NCBI GenBank assembly: GCA_965113315.1
Contig: OZ220363.1
Strand: one strand, 5' to 3'
Source of the DNA: Podarcis vaucheri
Taxonomy: Eukaryota
Length of the DNA: 64,000 bases
Within the stretch, counting starts at the first letter, position 1, and every line of letters starts with the position of its first letter. Below are positions 24,373-38,300 of this stretch, piece after piece. The notes beneath the pieces were generated by a model that was given only the letters and a program-made list of their open reading frames with translations, was not told where the DNA came from and did no database searches. The translations under genes were made by a program, and so were the position numbers.

Positions 24373-26057
24373 TATTCAGCATCACTGTTTCTACCACAGA
24401 CTGGTAGTTTCCTAACTTGTGGCTTGCCTGCAGAGCATATTATAACTAGTAAATCCAACATAGCAAATGCTGACTGCAATTACTGAACTGTAGCTACTAC
24501 CACTTAAAATGTTTGCATTTTTCTACTGTTTGTTTCATATACTGTAGTTCTTATTAGCTATTTTAATTGCTGTAAACTGCTGTGAATGCAGTAACAGGAC
24601 AGAATATAAATCTCTGAGTAAATAAACAGAAGTATCTAGCGTGAACAGTGTGTTATGCAGTTTACTGGACAGAAATAAAACCAACATAGTGTGAAAAAAT
24701 GGAAAGGCAGTCAGTCGATCTTGGTTTTTCCAAGCAGCGCCCATAAGCATCTGTTTGACACTCTAGCTAATAATACTACTCTATATGTGCATCCTTGCTT
24801 ATGTGACTGAAATAACACATATTATTTCATTGTGTGGGTTTTGTTTTTGTAAACAATTCCAGTGTTAAGTAGACGGTATATGTTTCAGCAATTATCTTGG
24901 TGCTCATGAAAGAGTTTCTGGGTTAAACATTAACAGACGCAGAGAAATAATTATACTCCACAATTGCATTGGATTCCTGGATTGGGCCAAAGGTCTGTAT
25001 AGTCCAATACTCCTTCTCTACCAGCAGCCAGCCAAGCTAGACTCCCTCTCTCTGGCTGTGTGCCTAATAAAATGACAGATTGATAGTTACTCATATCCAT
25101 TGGCAAGCCCCTTGGACTGTTAGATTAATGACTGAATATGAGCTTGTTGGTGTTTTGGGGATAAGCAAATGCCATATTTGCTTAGAAGCAATTGAAATCA
25201 AGATATTGTAGCGGTGGGGCAGGGAAACTCAATCCCAGCAGTGTTGATTTTGGACTTTTTAATTTGATATATAAGCTCATATTCATGTTTGCCCCAGAGG
25301 AAGGCAGCATTCCAGTACTGTGTTGCAATGACGCAATTGGATAACATCTCAAAAACTGTTATGGGACATAAACTCTTCCGCCTCTAGGGGAAGGGTGTTA
25401 CCTTAGCGAACAATGCAGGCACCTAATACTGCTGGAAGAGGGTTGTCTGCAGTGCAAACAGATGTTTCTGTAGCATCAGTTTCATGAGACATGGCTTTTG
25501 GACATCCGCAACACACGACAAGAGAAAACGAGGAAGCCATATTTCTCACTGCGAGAGAAATAATGTCGCTGTGCACATCTGCACAATTAGATGTGCCCCA
25601 GGAAACAATCCTGGGTGTTTCACTCAGGTGTATTTTCAACGTACCCATCATGTGGCTTGCAGGGGGAAAGCATGCAGTAGCAGCTGGCGTGGTTGGGTAG
25701 CACTGCATAGCATCACCGCAGCTTGGACACTACTGTGGTAGAACAGGGTGGCAGCAAGGTCAGGGCTGTAACTGTGTAGATGCACGGACAGGTAGGAGTG
25801 CCTCCAGGTTGGTTCTGCTGGCATATCCGCCACCCTACGCCACCCCAGCACTGTCTGGGTAAGCTGCAAGTATACTGGTGTAAAGAGGACAGCTCCATGG
25901 CTCTGCCCTACCACACAACCTTCTCCCCGTGCCAGGTAGCTTTGGTTTTCATATGTTGAAAACAGCATGTCTCAGAGTACCAGATGATGGGGACAATTTG
26001 CTTCATGCCCTCTTTGAGAGTATCCAGAAGAGATGGCTGGCTACTGAGAGAAACGTA

Positions 26058-26383
26058 GGCCACATTCACATCCTACACTGAAAGCACCACTATACAAATT
26101 GAACAGTCATAGCTTCCCCCCAAGAATTCTGGGAGTTGTGGTTTGTTAAGGTTGCTGAGAGTTGTTAGGATACCCCTATTCCCCTTATAGAACTACAGTT
26201 TGCAAAGTGGTTTAACAATCAACCCTTCTCCACAAAGAACTGAGAATCGTTGCTCTGCAAGAAAGGGGTCTGCTAACAACTCTCAGCAACTTTAACGAAC
26301 TACTGTTCCCAGAATTCAGGGGTTGGGGTATGATTGTTTAAAGGGGTATCATAGCACTTTAAATGTATAGTGTTAATGTGGCC
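26058..26383. mobile_element. Palindromic MITE (GGCCACATT termini; possibly PIF/Harbinger-like)
   Basis: GGCCACATTCACA...TGTTAATGTGGCC termini; long inverted subterminal arms. Confidence 0.7.
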
Positions 26384-29300
26384 ATAATGCTAAACTAGGT
26401 GAACTTTTGTTTATTTGGCCAGGTATTTTCAATAGTGGTTCCTAAAGCACGTCAGTTGCACATCTCTCATTTGTTTCCAGGTATACACCCCACTTCTGAG
26501 CATCACTCATGGTGTCCATGCTGAAAGTGCCTCTACCCCACAAAATGTAGAGCAGCACTTCTTTGAAAAAGAGCAATGATGAGGCTTGCCATTAATTCCT
26601 TGATACAAATGTTTCAACACCCTCATTCTACTCATGTAACCCCTATAACAGTCTTTTCTTGCTTGGCTGCTGCTCACTTTCTGAAATGGGAGAAAAATTG
26701 TGGTTTTCTTTTGCAAGAAATCTTGTGAAACGAGAGGGTGGAGCAAAAACCACTGATATATCAGGCAAACAGAAGGAGTTGCACACTAGCCTTGGTTAAT
26801 TGGCAGAAGCATGTTGCTCTGATTTAAACTGAGGAGCAAAGAACAGTTGCTTCCAGGATTAATTAAGTAGGTTTCAAAAAAGGTTTCTTCCTCCCCACAA
26901 GGGCACTTAAAAGTGAGAAGAGGGACTAGTATGAAAACAGCTTGAGAGAAGCAGCAGAACAAATGTGTACAAATTCTTTGCTGTGTCTTGGGGTACAGAT
27001 AATAACAGGAGGCTTGAAAAAAAATTACAGTACGAATGCCCTTTTGTCAGCTGGCATGTGCTCCACTGTCATTCTCAGAATGGCAAGTATCTGTGTTTTT
27101 ACTGGCAACTAGATAGGAAAGTGAGCCAAAATATTTGTTACAGCCAAAACAAACCCAGTGGCCAAGATAAACCATTGCAGCCACATGTTCTCAGATCCCT
27201 CGCTGATCTATCTTGGGTCATGGGAAATTTTGTGAGGCCTCACTTACAGGTCTGTCCAAGCAAAGTTCTGGCAGGCAGCAATTTTGGTATCTTGAGGTTA
27301 GAAGGAATTGAATTCCTCTTGGTTTGTAAATATCTGAATGTATCTATGACCTTGTATGCCTCTGCAAACCTTAGGAGGCCACAGGTGCTTGTTCTGAAAC
27401 TGAATGACCCACCCAAGGGAGTTGCTTTGCCATAGATACCAGAAATCAACACAGCCAAGCAATGTAGAGAGGGGATATAAACAAGAGCCTTGTGTATCTC
27501 CATCTTCTCTTTAGAGTATGCCAAATCCAGCCCTACTCATGTGTAACACAAGCTGTAAATGTGCAACTAGTGATGCATTTTAAAAAAAAGTGGATTGGGA
27601 TGCATATCAGAAAGCACATTCCATTCGCACAGTGCAGTTCAGACTACATCTTCTCTTGGATGTGCAATGTTTGACTGTAGTTCCTAAGCCCAGCACGTGA
27701 TAACATGCATGTGAAACCTGCACAGGGTACATACAGGGCACCTGACTTTTCACAGCAGTGCTAATTTCTGTTTTTTACAAATGTAATCACATAAATTTTA
27801 CAACCAGTTCAACTCTGTCTCCACATAAGTATGCGTGTGAACATCTGATGATTCACAGGACATTGGAAAATATGTATGAGCTCCTTAATTACACCCTGGG
27901 CCAGAGGGTACAGGTTTCTGAATGTAAACACTAGGAGGTGCTTCCCAATTGCTTGCATTTACAAGAGAACTTTAAAGGAGCAACGTCATGCAGCTATCAG
28001 TTGATGTCCCTTCCCCCTTAAAAATTCAAGGATTTGTGAGCAAGGCCAACCGTATAATGAGGTGTGCGTCTTGGCAAATTGCACTTTCCATCTGCTGTCT
28101 GTGAAGCTGCCTGTTGTTGTCACCAGCATGGTTGGCTGGCAGCCTACTTTTCTGCCTACTGTGATTAATGTTGTGGTGGCAGCAGTGGTGGCAGCAACTG
28201 TGACTCGCCCTCATTCACCCTAGAGTCTTTCTACTGATAATGGAAAGCAGCTGGCAGTTGTGCTCTTCAGACCACCACAACTGGGACCCCCTCCTCAGAA
28301 TAAGGCATTGCAGGTAAGCTGGCCCCAGAGAATGCCTGTGCCACTGCTGCATTGCATCAATGGTGGTAAATGCTATTTCTGTGACTGCTCCTTCCCTCAT
28401 CCGCACGCCTGATATCCAGTTTCAGACATCATGATATGCAGTGTTTAGCTGCTGGTATATCATGATGCTGGAAACCAGATATTGCTCAGCCCTAGTCTGT
28501 TTTTTAGTATACCTAAAGTCCAATGCATATTAGAGGCTACTCCACATTTTGTTTTTTAAATAAATGCTTTGCAGAGGTAACTACCATAGAGTTATCAAAA
28601 AATTTCAAAAGTAGGGGGTCTGTGACTTTACTTTTGAAAAACAGGGGGTCCTCAGTAATTAGCTAATTGGGAACCACTGATCTAGACAATGGAAGCCCAT
28701 ACTGAATATATGGCTGTTGAAGTAGGTCATAAGTTGAGTTTGAATATGTTAGATTTGTTTGGGTGGAGATAAGAATGTAGCAGTGCTTGTGAAGCAAGAT
28801 AGAGCGTGGATTTGCTTGAGTGTTGAGTAACATGAGCAAGATTCTGATGTGTGTCTGGTGCCCCTTGTGATGGATGCTTCATATCAGTCTCATTGTTCAT
28901 GTCAATATTGTCTGGAAAGCATCAGTTGTACATTTCCACCTGCCACTTTAGATTGAGAGTTTATTTAATCTTTGCTTAGGGTGAATGCCTTTTATATTCA
29001 TCTCTATACATTGACTCATCATGCTCTTTCCCTCCCTTTCCCCCTTGTACTCATCATGCTGTAAATGTTGGGTAGCTGAAGCTTAGGGGTTTTTAAAAGA
29101 GGAGGAATATAAATAATAATGATACCATACCACCTACCTGTCCATGAATGTGTATGACATTCTATAGAGTTTAGTAAGCCAACAAAATAAGTGCCTAACC
29201 TAATGGTATTTAACAACTACAACCTGATCACATATACCCCCCCCCCCCTTTCAGGCAAGATACTCAAAAAGCCATGGCGATGCAGCCACAGACATTCTGG

Positions 29301-29489
29301 TCTCAGGAGTGAATCTGACTTGCTTGCCCTGATGAATGAACTGTTATCAGAAGAGGGATGTGGGGAGTGTGATCCTGTTGCTTTTACGAGACATCTTTTT
29401 GGTCTTTCTTACCGTCTACCATGGCTCCAGAAGGTAGCATTGGCTGAGTGTTTCTCAGCCTCCTCCCTCTGAGCTAACCTTGTAATATT

Positions 29490-29730
29490 GGCTTTAAAGG
29501 AGGATTAAACAGCTTCATAGAGGAGACAGCTATCAGTGGCTATTAACCATGATGACTATGCTTTGCCCCCACATATGGAGGCAGAAATGCTTCTGGATAC
29601 AGTACTGGAAACCACAGCAGGGGAGAGCGATCCTGTGCTTGAATACTGCTTGCTGGTTTCCCACAGCGAGAACAGGATGCTGGACTAGATGGACCATTGA
29701 CCTGAGCTAGCAGGCTCTCTTTATCTTCTT
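29490..29730 (+). mobile_element. Old CR1 3' fragment
   Basis: GGCTTTAAAGGAGGATTAAACAGCTTCAT...GCTGGACTAGATGGACC...TTCTTA. Confidence 0.65.
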
Positions 29731-29859
29731 ACAGGGTGTCACACAGCACTACTGTTTCAAGTGCTATTTAACATCTGCATGGAGCTGTTGTGGGTGGTCA
29801 TCGGGAGCGAGGTATCATTGGTATGCCAATGGTACCCAACTCTATTTCTCTGTAACAGC

Positions 29860-30560
29860 TGAACTGGGAATGGCAGAGAAGGCTCAGGTCTGGGTGCAGT
29901 GGTAGGCTGGATGAGGGCTAATAAGCTGAATCCTGGCAAGATGGAGCCTTTGTGGGTGAGTGGTTTCCGGGTTTAGGAGGTAGTTAACTTGCCTGCCCTG
30001 GATGGGGTCACACTCTCACTGAAGGTGTGAGTGTGTTGTTTGGGGGTGCTCCTGGATTCAGATCTGTCATTGGAGGCACAGGTGTCTTGTTCTCAACATC
30101 AATTGAGAAGAAAGCTGCAACCAGGATAGTTTGACCACAATTGCCATGCATTGGTAACCCCAAGATTGGATTACTGCAATGTGTTCTATATGTGGGGCTA
30201 CCATTGAGGATGATCCAGAGACTGCAGCTGGTGTAGAACAGATTATTTGTAGTGGCAAACTACTACTGGCATAGAACACCTTGCTTGTAGGATTTGCACT
30301 GACTGGCAATCTGCTATGGGCCAAATTCAAATTGGTTTGGCACCAATATATAAGGTCCTATGTCACTGGTTACTTGAGAGAGTGTCGTATTCCTTATATA
30401 TCCAGTAAGTCACTGTGGTCTGCAGGAGAGCTTCTCCTGCAAGTTCCAAAGATCTCTGCACTTTCTGTAATCTGTAAAATATAATTGTTCTGACGAGCTT
30501 TCTGAGCTGGATGAATAGGTCTCTGCCACGGGTGTCTACTAGGTACTGCTTTTACATTTT
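29860..30560 (+). mobile_element. Degraded L2 LINE fragment
   Basis: Encodes WMRANKLNP-like and RLDYCN-like remnants, with frameshifts. Confidence 0.7.
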
Positions 30561-31317
30561 ATCTGCTGTTTTCTGTGGGTTTGTTTTATTGCATTTTGTC
30601 TGTTGCCTTGAGACGTGTGCGGAAGATTTTCAGGGTCCAAAACTCTGAAGCAATTGGCTTAGATCCTAATGCTAACAAATCTCACTTGGTGAAGGCTGAA
30701 CTGCAGTGTAATCAAACTCAAGTGCAATTTGAACTTTGTAACCTTTCCAGCATTTCATACCGGGGCCCCTCAACAGTGTTAAAAATAAATTAGCGCAACT
30801 TGGTCAGTTCAAAAGGCACAGTAACATTAAACAGCTTGGCTTAGAGGAACAGGACTTGATCTCGCTGACTAATGAAGAGAGCTGAAAACTCTACTTATAT
30901 ACCGTATATGGCTGTATGATTTCAACGTGATTCATAATAATTACAATGTCATTTACGTTATCTTTTCTGAATGTGGTGTTTGTTTGAATTGCTTTCTGTT
31001 GGAGCAGGCTTTCTGCTGATTTTGTTAAATATTGAAGCATTGCAACTAAATACACAGTGGGACAGAAAGGCTGGCTTTGGGAGTTTCTGCTAACTCGTCT
31101 CCAGAATGTCAGTGCACATACTTCCCTTTTCACCTCCATACACTCCATTACATTGCGTCAGCTCTGAGGGCTAGGGTTTGAGACAGCTCTCAAGATACTG
31201 GTGCTGTTGCAAGATCAGAGTTAGATCCGTATTTGTGATAAGCAGGAGATTGTTCTCAATGCTACACATAAATAGTCCGGGGGGGGCGTGTCTCCTTGTG
31301 TAATGAAAAGTGAGATA

Positions 31318-31559
31318 CAGTGGTACCTTGGGTTACATATGCTTCAGGTTACATACGCTTTAGGTTACAGACTCCGCTAACCCAGAAATATTACCTTGGG
31401 TTAAGAACTTTGCTTCAGGATGAGAACAGAAATCGTGCTCCGGCGGCGGGGCGGCAGCAGGAGGCCCCATTAGCTAAAGTGGTGCTTCAGGTTAAGAACA
31501 GTTTCAGGTTAAGAACGGACCTCTGGAATGAATTAAGTACTTAACCCGAGATACCACTG
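31318..31559 (+). mobile_element. Tigger-like MITE
   Basis: TA TSDs; CAGTGGTA TIRs; near-identical to 32500-32725. Confidence 0.9.
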
Positions 31560-32499
31560 TAAATATATAGGCAATAAATTAATGAGTCCATGCTGCTGCC
31601 ATTTCAGTGAAAGGCTTGCTGCCTGTTACAATACTGTACATTGGATCTGTCCACTAGAGGGAAATGTGATCAAGAACAGCAAGTCAGTGGAATTCAACGG
31701 ACTGCATATTTTGTTTGAGATTTTCCATTGTTTGATTCCTCAAAGTAGTAAAACCAATATTGTCTCTTCAATACTTGTTTTCTGGCTTAAGCCTGAAAAG
31801 GGATAACAGAAAAACAGGCCGGTTATTTCATTTTTAGCATACCTGAGCTTTCAATTTTAATTCAAATCTCTCCCCACCGTGAGGTCATTGGAAGTTTATT
31901 TGCCCCTGGCCATACATAAAAATGGGTGCGCGCAGTTTCATCTCTGTTCATTTCAAACAAGCTGGGAGATACTAGGCCTGAAAACCGACTCTAGGCAAAA
32001 GTCGCTTTGTTCTTAACCTTCCTCAGCTGAATATTTTTTTTAAGGGGGGGTGCAGGTGGGCAACACATTATAACCTCATTATTATGGAGATAAATTTTGA
32101 AGCTCTGTTTGACCTAAGATATGTCTCATTCAATCCCAATGGCATCTATCGTTATACAATCCAGTGAACATATATTTTAAGAAGCACCAAGTTCTTAAAG
32201 TTTGTTATGTTTTGATATCCTTTGTATTGAAATTCCTACCTAGAAACCACAAGCCAACATAGCACTAATGGATAATAGGTATCATGTGGTTTTAGGACCC
32301 TGGGTTCTATTTTTAATTAGGTTTTTTAGGTATATACATACACAAACACACACATTGTAGAAGTATTATTTTTTTACAATAACAGTAATAACTTTTGTAT
32401 GGCATTCATTTATTACTCATTTATACCACCACCTTGAGCTCCTTGGAGAAAAGGTGCAATAGAAATCTAATAAACAAATAAAATGAAAGTGGCATTGTA

Positions 32500-32725
32500 C
32501 AGTGGTACCTCGGGTTACATACGCCTCAGGTTACACACTCCGCTAACCCAGAAACAGTGCTTCAGGTTAAGAACTTTGCTTCAGGATGAGAACAGAAATT
32601 GTGCTCCTGCGGTGCAGCGCCAGCAGGAGGCCCCATTAGCTAAAGTGGTGCTTCAGGTTAAGAACAGTTTCAGGTTAAGAACAGACCTCTGGAACGAATT
32701 AAGTACTTAACCCGAGGTACCACTG
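32500..32725 (+). mobile_element. Tigger-like MITE
   Basis: TA TSDs; TIR CAGTGGTACCTCGGGTTA / TAACCCGAGGTACCACTG. Confidence 0.92.
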
Positions 32726-32883
32726 TACTTTGTTATGTTTCATACTCACTATCCCATTTCCTATTCCAGCAATGTGAAAGAACAGCCCAGTTGTCACCAT
32801 CGATCTTAGCAGGATGCTGACTGGGTGGGATAAACCCCACCATCATGATTGTTAATATTCACACACTTTCTCCCCCTGTGGGG

Positions 32884-33260
32884 GATTGATTTTCCACCCC
32901 CACCCTGCTTAGGTGGCGAGCCAATTTGGGCTCGCCCGCGGAGGCTGATGGACCCTGATAGATTCCGTCAGGCCTTGCGGGACCTTGCTCCCCCTGGCGA
33001 CTCATTGACTGAGCTTGTTGAGGGCTGGAATATCCAGCTCCTAGCAGCCATCGATGAGATCGCACCCAGGCGCCCTCTGCGACCCCGCAGAAACCGGGCT
33101 CCCTGGTTTACCGAGGAGCTTCGGAAAATGAAGCGGGACCTCAGACGGCTAGAGCGAGTATGGCGGGGTGCCCGTGACAGAGCTTCAAGAACATCTTATA
33201 GGGTTTTTATGAAAACCTACGAGATGGCAGTGAAGGCCGCTAAAAAGTCCTACTTCTCGG
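32884..33260 (+). mobile_element. Young 5'-truncated L2 LINE, 5' part (interrupted by L1); left boundary approximate
   Basis: Encodes RPRRLMDP...APWFTEELRKMKR.LRRLER.WR...AAKKSYFS, the EN-RT linker of L2/CR1-clade ORF2; continues in frame at 39479. Confidence 0.88.
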
Positions 33261-33550
33261 GACTTCCGGAGGCGGCGCGAAGCAAGCAATGGCGGTCCTC
33301 TTTGCGCTGCGAAGAGGGGCTCCGCAGAAAAGGGTCGTTCGCTGCGGCAAAGCGACGACCCACTAAGAAAAACCACGAGCAGAGTGAGCTCGTGGCCGTG
33401 GGATCCGGCGGGCACCTAGAGCGACCCCCAAAACGAAGAAGGGACCCCGTAAGGGGCTCCGGAAGCGCGGAGGGGAAGCGGTGCTGTGGATTCATCGCTC
33501 TTTCTGCGGGAGTGAAGCCGCGCGGCTGTTGCGGATGAGCGCCGACCTTT
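33261..33550 (+). promoter_or_regulatory. L1 internal promoter, CpG-rich 5' end
   Basis: High CpG density; ETS-type ACTTCCGG at +2; YY1-like AATGGCGG at 33288-95. Confidence 0.6.
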
Positions 33551-34265
33551 CTTCCTTTTACATTGGATTACAAACCAACTACTCGTGAGTAAGATTTACT
33601 CAAAATTGGATTACAAATTTATGAATTTGGCTGAAAGCGGGAGGCGAGAAAAAGGAAGTCCGTCTCCCGAGGATGCTAGTGATCAAAAGCAAAGATTTGA
33701 CAAGCTGGAAGCAGTGCGGAGAGATTTTAAAGTGAGACATCATACGTTCGGAAAAGTCGGAAACTGAAGCAGGCAAGTTACTTTTATTTCCTTGCTATTT
33801 TCTGTACCTTATTTGGGGACTTTCTCCTCTGCTGGACTTTTCTAAATTCTAAAGACTTTAAAACCCCCAGTCCCGGACTTGCAGTGGGACAAAAGGCTAG
33901 TTTGCGGATACACTTATAAATTTGAAATGGACACTTAGAGGCATTACTGTTGGATACAATTAAACAACTGTACTTTGCACCTTTTAAGAAACTTATGGCA
34001 ACACTGTGAGAGCTTTGCTAGAGGGAAAAGGTCTTTTCCAAGGATCATCGTTAATTTACTTAACTTAAGGAACTTTAATGGCGTCTGAAATTTTGTTTCT
34101 CCTTCCCTGAATTGCAACATTACTCCCTCTAGTGGAACTTGGGACTTACAATTTCCTGAGAACCAACTTTGCTTTGTCTTTCTGTGGTTAGATTGTTTAC
34201 GCTTGCGCCTGCCTTTCTCATGAAACTTTTGACAGTCTGACCTTGAATCCAAAGACAGGTGTGGA

Positions 34266-35312
34266 ATGAGCGACAGGGTAAAAACAAGAGCTGCGTCGAA
34301 GGCAGGGAAAGGCAAACTGACACAAACAACCCTGTTTTCTCAGGGACGTAGATCTTCAGTCCCTGCTGTTTTACAGACTGCACCCTCGCCAATAACACCA
34401 GCTGAAGAAGCTGAACAACCAATAGGTGAGGATATGGCATCTGGAGGATCTAACACTCTTTTAGAGGAAATGTTACAACAATTCGCAATTTTGAACAAAA
34501 AAGTGGATGATCAAACTGCAAAAATTGACTTAGCCACATCTTCAATTACCAAACTTTCGGAACAGGTGGCCAAGCATTCACAAGATATTGGAAACTTAAA
34601 CGACGCAACATCTGAAAATCGAAAATTGGCGGAGGCTGCGATTGGAAAAGCAGAGGCCGCAGCCAAAGGAGTGGAGGAACTGAAAGGAGAGGTAAGACCG
34701 CTCCACAAACATATTACAGACCAGCAGGCCTACCTGTCTTTGGTGGAACTGCGAAACAGGGAAAATAACCTGAGATTACGCTCTATCCCAGAGATTGAGA
34801 AAGAGGATTTGACCGGCTTTTTAACGGCAGAATTTTCCAAATTCTGGGGTATAAACCAAGACACAGATTTCAAAATAACGACTGCATTTAGATTGGGAAG
34901 AGTCGTTGGGAAGGACAGGCCTAGAGACTGTTTGATTATTTTAAGGACTAAACAGGAGAGAGACAAGCTACTTGATTTACACTTCAATAAAGCACTTGTG
35001 ATCCAGGATAGAAGAGCACAAATTTACAAAGATATCCCTAAACAATTACTGGATCTAAGAGCCAACTACACTGACCTAACTGGACTTTTGAGAGGTAACG
35101 GAATACCTTACAGGTGGGAGTTCCCACAAGGCGTCTTATTTAAATACAAAGGAAAGAAGATAAAAATCAAAACGAAAGAGGATTGCCAGAAGTTCCTACA
35201 CGACCACGGAGAAGACCTACAGAAAGGAGCAGCTATTTGGCCACCACCAGAGTCAGGGAAAGAGTTACCACCTTCGGACTCGGACAAAAAAGAGGACACC
35301 CCACAAGAGTAA
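34266..35312 (+). CDS. L1 ORF1p (348 aa), coiled-coil/RRM/CTD RNA-binding protein
   Basis: Heptad-rich centre, ELRNRENNLRLRSIPE (RRM entry), PRDCLI, YRWEFP C-terminal motif; lies just upstream of ORF2. Confidence 0.92.
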   Translation: MSDRVKTRAASKAGKGKLTQTTLFSQGRRSSVPAVLQTAPSPITPAEEAEQPIGEDMASGGSNTLLEEMLQQFAILNKKVDDQTAKIDLATSSITKLSEQVAKHSQDIGNLNDATSENRKLAEAAIGKAEAAAKGVEELKGEVRPLHKHITDQQAYLSLVELRNRENNLRLRSIPEIEKEDLTGFLTAEFSKFWGINQDTDFKITTAFRLGRVVGKDRPRDCLIILRTKQERDKLLDLHFNKALVIQDRRAQIYKDIPKQLLDLRANYTDLTGLLRGNGIPYRWEFPQGVLFKYKGKKIKIKTKEDCQKFLHDHGEDLQKGAAIWPPPESGKELPPSDSDKKEDTPQE

Positions 35313-35329
35313 CAACAGATTGATACAAG

Positions 35330-38300
35330 ATGTCTCTGCAGCTGTATAGTTGGAACATTAATGGCGCGAATTCCCCAGAAAAACGCAAACGGATCTTCCA
35401 TATCCTAAAGAAAGAGAATTTGGATATAATTTGTTTGCAAGAAACCCATGTGACAAGGGTGCACAGGAAGGTGTTAACAAATAAAAGATTAGGCCAAGAA
35501 TTCATCTCATCAGACAGAGTTAAGAAGAGAGGCGTGGTGATTTACGCCAAAGAGACTCTTTCACCGAAACTTTTGTTTAAAGATGAACAAGGAAGAATCC
35601 TGGCTATTGAGATTTCGACCCAAGGAGAGAAAATTTTGATATTAGGAATTTATGCACCAAACGAGGGGAAATCAGAATTTTATAAGAAGCTGCATGAGAC
35701 ATTATTGGACTATCTGGACTATTCTAACATCATTATGATGGGAGACATGAATGGGGTTGTCTCTACTTTTATGGATAAGTCACAGAACCAGAATTTGACT
35801 AAAGATGGAAGACTACCAAAAACTTTCTTTGAACTAACTGACAATATGGATTTAATTGACTCATGGAGGACGAGAAACCCCCTAGGTAAAGAAGGAACTT
35901 TCTTTTCTGAGGCCCACCTGTCATGGACAAGGATCGACCAAATTTGGACAACTAGAGGGCTGGCACCTAAGACCACAAAAATAGAAATCTGCCCAAAGAC
36001 TTGCTCCGACCATAACGCTCTGAAAATGGAAATGAGATTTACTACTGCCGACTCCTTCAGATGGAAAATGAATGACAACCTGCTAAGAGATCAAGAGATT
36101 GTAAAGAAGGCCCAAAAAGCTTTAAAGGACTATTTTGAAATCAACTTGAACACCTCGGTGGAAAAAAGAACAATCTGGGACGCGAGCAAAGCTGTTATGA
36201 GAGGGTTTCTGATACAACAGAATACGATTAAGAAAAAACTCTGGAATGGTAAAAAGGACAAGATATTGGAGAAGATAAGAGACGGCGAGAAAAAATTAAG
36301 ATTAAACCCAAAATCCAAAGAGACCTTAAGAGAAATTAAATTCCACCAGTCACAATATGCGCAACTGATTAACCAAGAAGTGGAATGGAGAATTAAACAA
36401 ATGAAACAAAGATCATTTGAATCGGCGAATAAATGTGGGAAACTGCTAGCTTGGCAGTTGAAAAAGAGACAAAAATTAAACTACGTTACCAATCTAGAAG
36501 TTGAAGGAAAGAACATTCAGAAACCGGGAGAAATTAGAAAGTGTTTCCAGAAATACTTTAAAAAGCTGTATACACAAGGACCCGAGGATGTAACCGAGAT
36601 AGAACAATTTTTGAAAGAAAATGGTCTTCCAGAAATATCTCAAGAGAAGAGATCAACCTTGAATTGTAAAATAACACAACAGGAAATCGAGGATGCCATT
36701 CAGAATATGCAGCTGGGCAAATCTCCAGGACCTGATGGACTTACCTCCAAGTATTATAGGACGTTAAAAGACTATTTGATACAACCATTAGAGGAGGTTT
36801 GTAACCAGATTATGGGGGGAGGGAAGGCACCAGATACGTGGAAAGAAGCATTCATCACATTGATACCTAAAGTGGAAACTGAAAAGACTCAACTTAAGAA
36901 CTACCGTCCCATCTCACTCCTAAATGTGGATTATAAAATATTTGCGGATATTCTGGCCAACAGATTTAAAAAAGTATTAAATGAGATAATCCATAAAGAC
37001 CAGGCCGGCTTTCTCCCAGGCAGACATTTGTTTGACAATACCAGGAACATTATTGATATCTTGGAACTTTTACAAACAAATATTAACACCAAAGCAGTAT
37101 TGATCTTTATTGATGCGGAGAAGGCCTTTGATAACATTTCCTGGAAATTTATGAAGAAAAATTTGGAAGGGATGGGAGTGGGAAGGGGGTTTGAGAATGG
37201 AATAGAAGCAATCTATTCAGAACAAAAAGCTAAGTTGATAGTGAACAATGTGGTGACAGAAGAACTTCATATTGAAAAAGGAACACGACAGGGGTGCCCC
37301 CTATCCCCCTTATTGTTTATTTCAGTCCTGGAGGTTTTGCTGAACATGATAAGGGAGGATCGGCAGGTACAAGGAATACGGGTCGGAGCGAAACAATATA
37401 AACTGAAAGTATTTGCAGATGACCTGGTTTTAACACTACAGGAGCCAGAACCCAGTACAAAAAGAGTTTTAGAACTGATCCAGAAATTTGGTCGGGTGGC
37501 GGGTTTTAAGTTGAACAAGCAAAAAACTAAAGTCTTAGGGAAAAACTTGACGGCCATGGAAACAGAAGGGTTTCAGAAAGAGACAGAACTAAATATTGTT
37601 AAGAAAGTGAAATACCTGGGGGTCAATCTGTCTTCCAAGAATTTGAATCTATTTAAAGATAATTATGAGAAATGTTGGTTAGAAGTTAAAAAAGATTTAG
37701 AAATTTGGTCAAGACTGAAATTATCCTTGTTAGGCCGAATTGCAGCTATAAAGATGAACGTTTTGCCAAAGATGTTGTTTTTGTTTCAAGCCTTGCAGAT
37801 TGTGGACAGAGTGGAATGCTTTGGAAAGTGGCAGAAGGACATTTCTAGGTTTGTCTGGCAGGGCAAAAAGCCCCGAATAAAGTTTAAGATATTAACTGAC
37901 GCAAAAGAGAGAGGGGGGTTTGCCCTGCCGGACCTAAGGTTATACTATGAAGCGGCAGCCTTCTGCTGGATGAAAGATTGGATTCTATTAGAAAACACTG
38001 ATGTCCTAGATCTGGAAGGCTTCAACAATTCGTTAGGTTGGCATGCGTACTTGTGGTATGACAAGGGTAAATCATATGGAATGTTTAAAAACCATATTGT
38101 CAGAAAAGCAATATATATGGTCTGGAAAAAATACAAAGACTTATTGGAAAGCAAAACTCCGAGGTGGATCTCACCAATAGAGGCCAAAGCTCGGAAAACA
38201 ACCAATATGGAGGCTTATTGGCCGAAATATTGGGAAATAATAGAAAATATTGAAGGTAACTGGAGATTGCAGAGCTTTGAAAAACTAAAGGATAAGGTGC

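Noticed and set aside
26965-27435. 156-aa ORF and other 60-160-aa intronic ORFs
   Set aside because: No recognisable domains, often non-ATG starts, no consistent splice signals; expected by chance or derived from repeats.
32849-33538. 229-aa ORF as a novel gene
   Set aside because: Chimeric read-through of flank, L2 linker and L1 5' UTR across the insertion junction; starts at TTG.
37412-37423. FADD instead of YADD in the L1 RT as an inactivating change
   Set aside because: FADD is the normal motif in active L1 RTs such as human L1.
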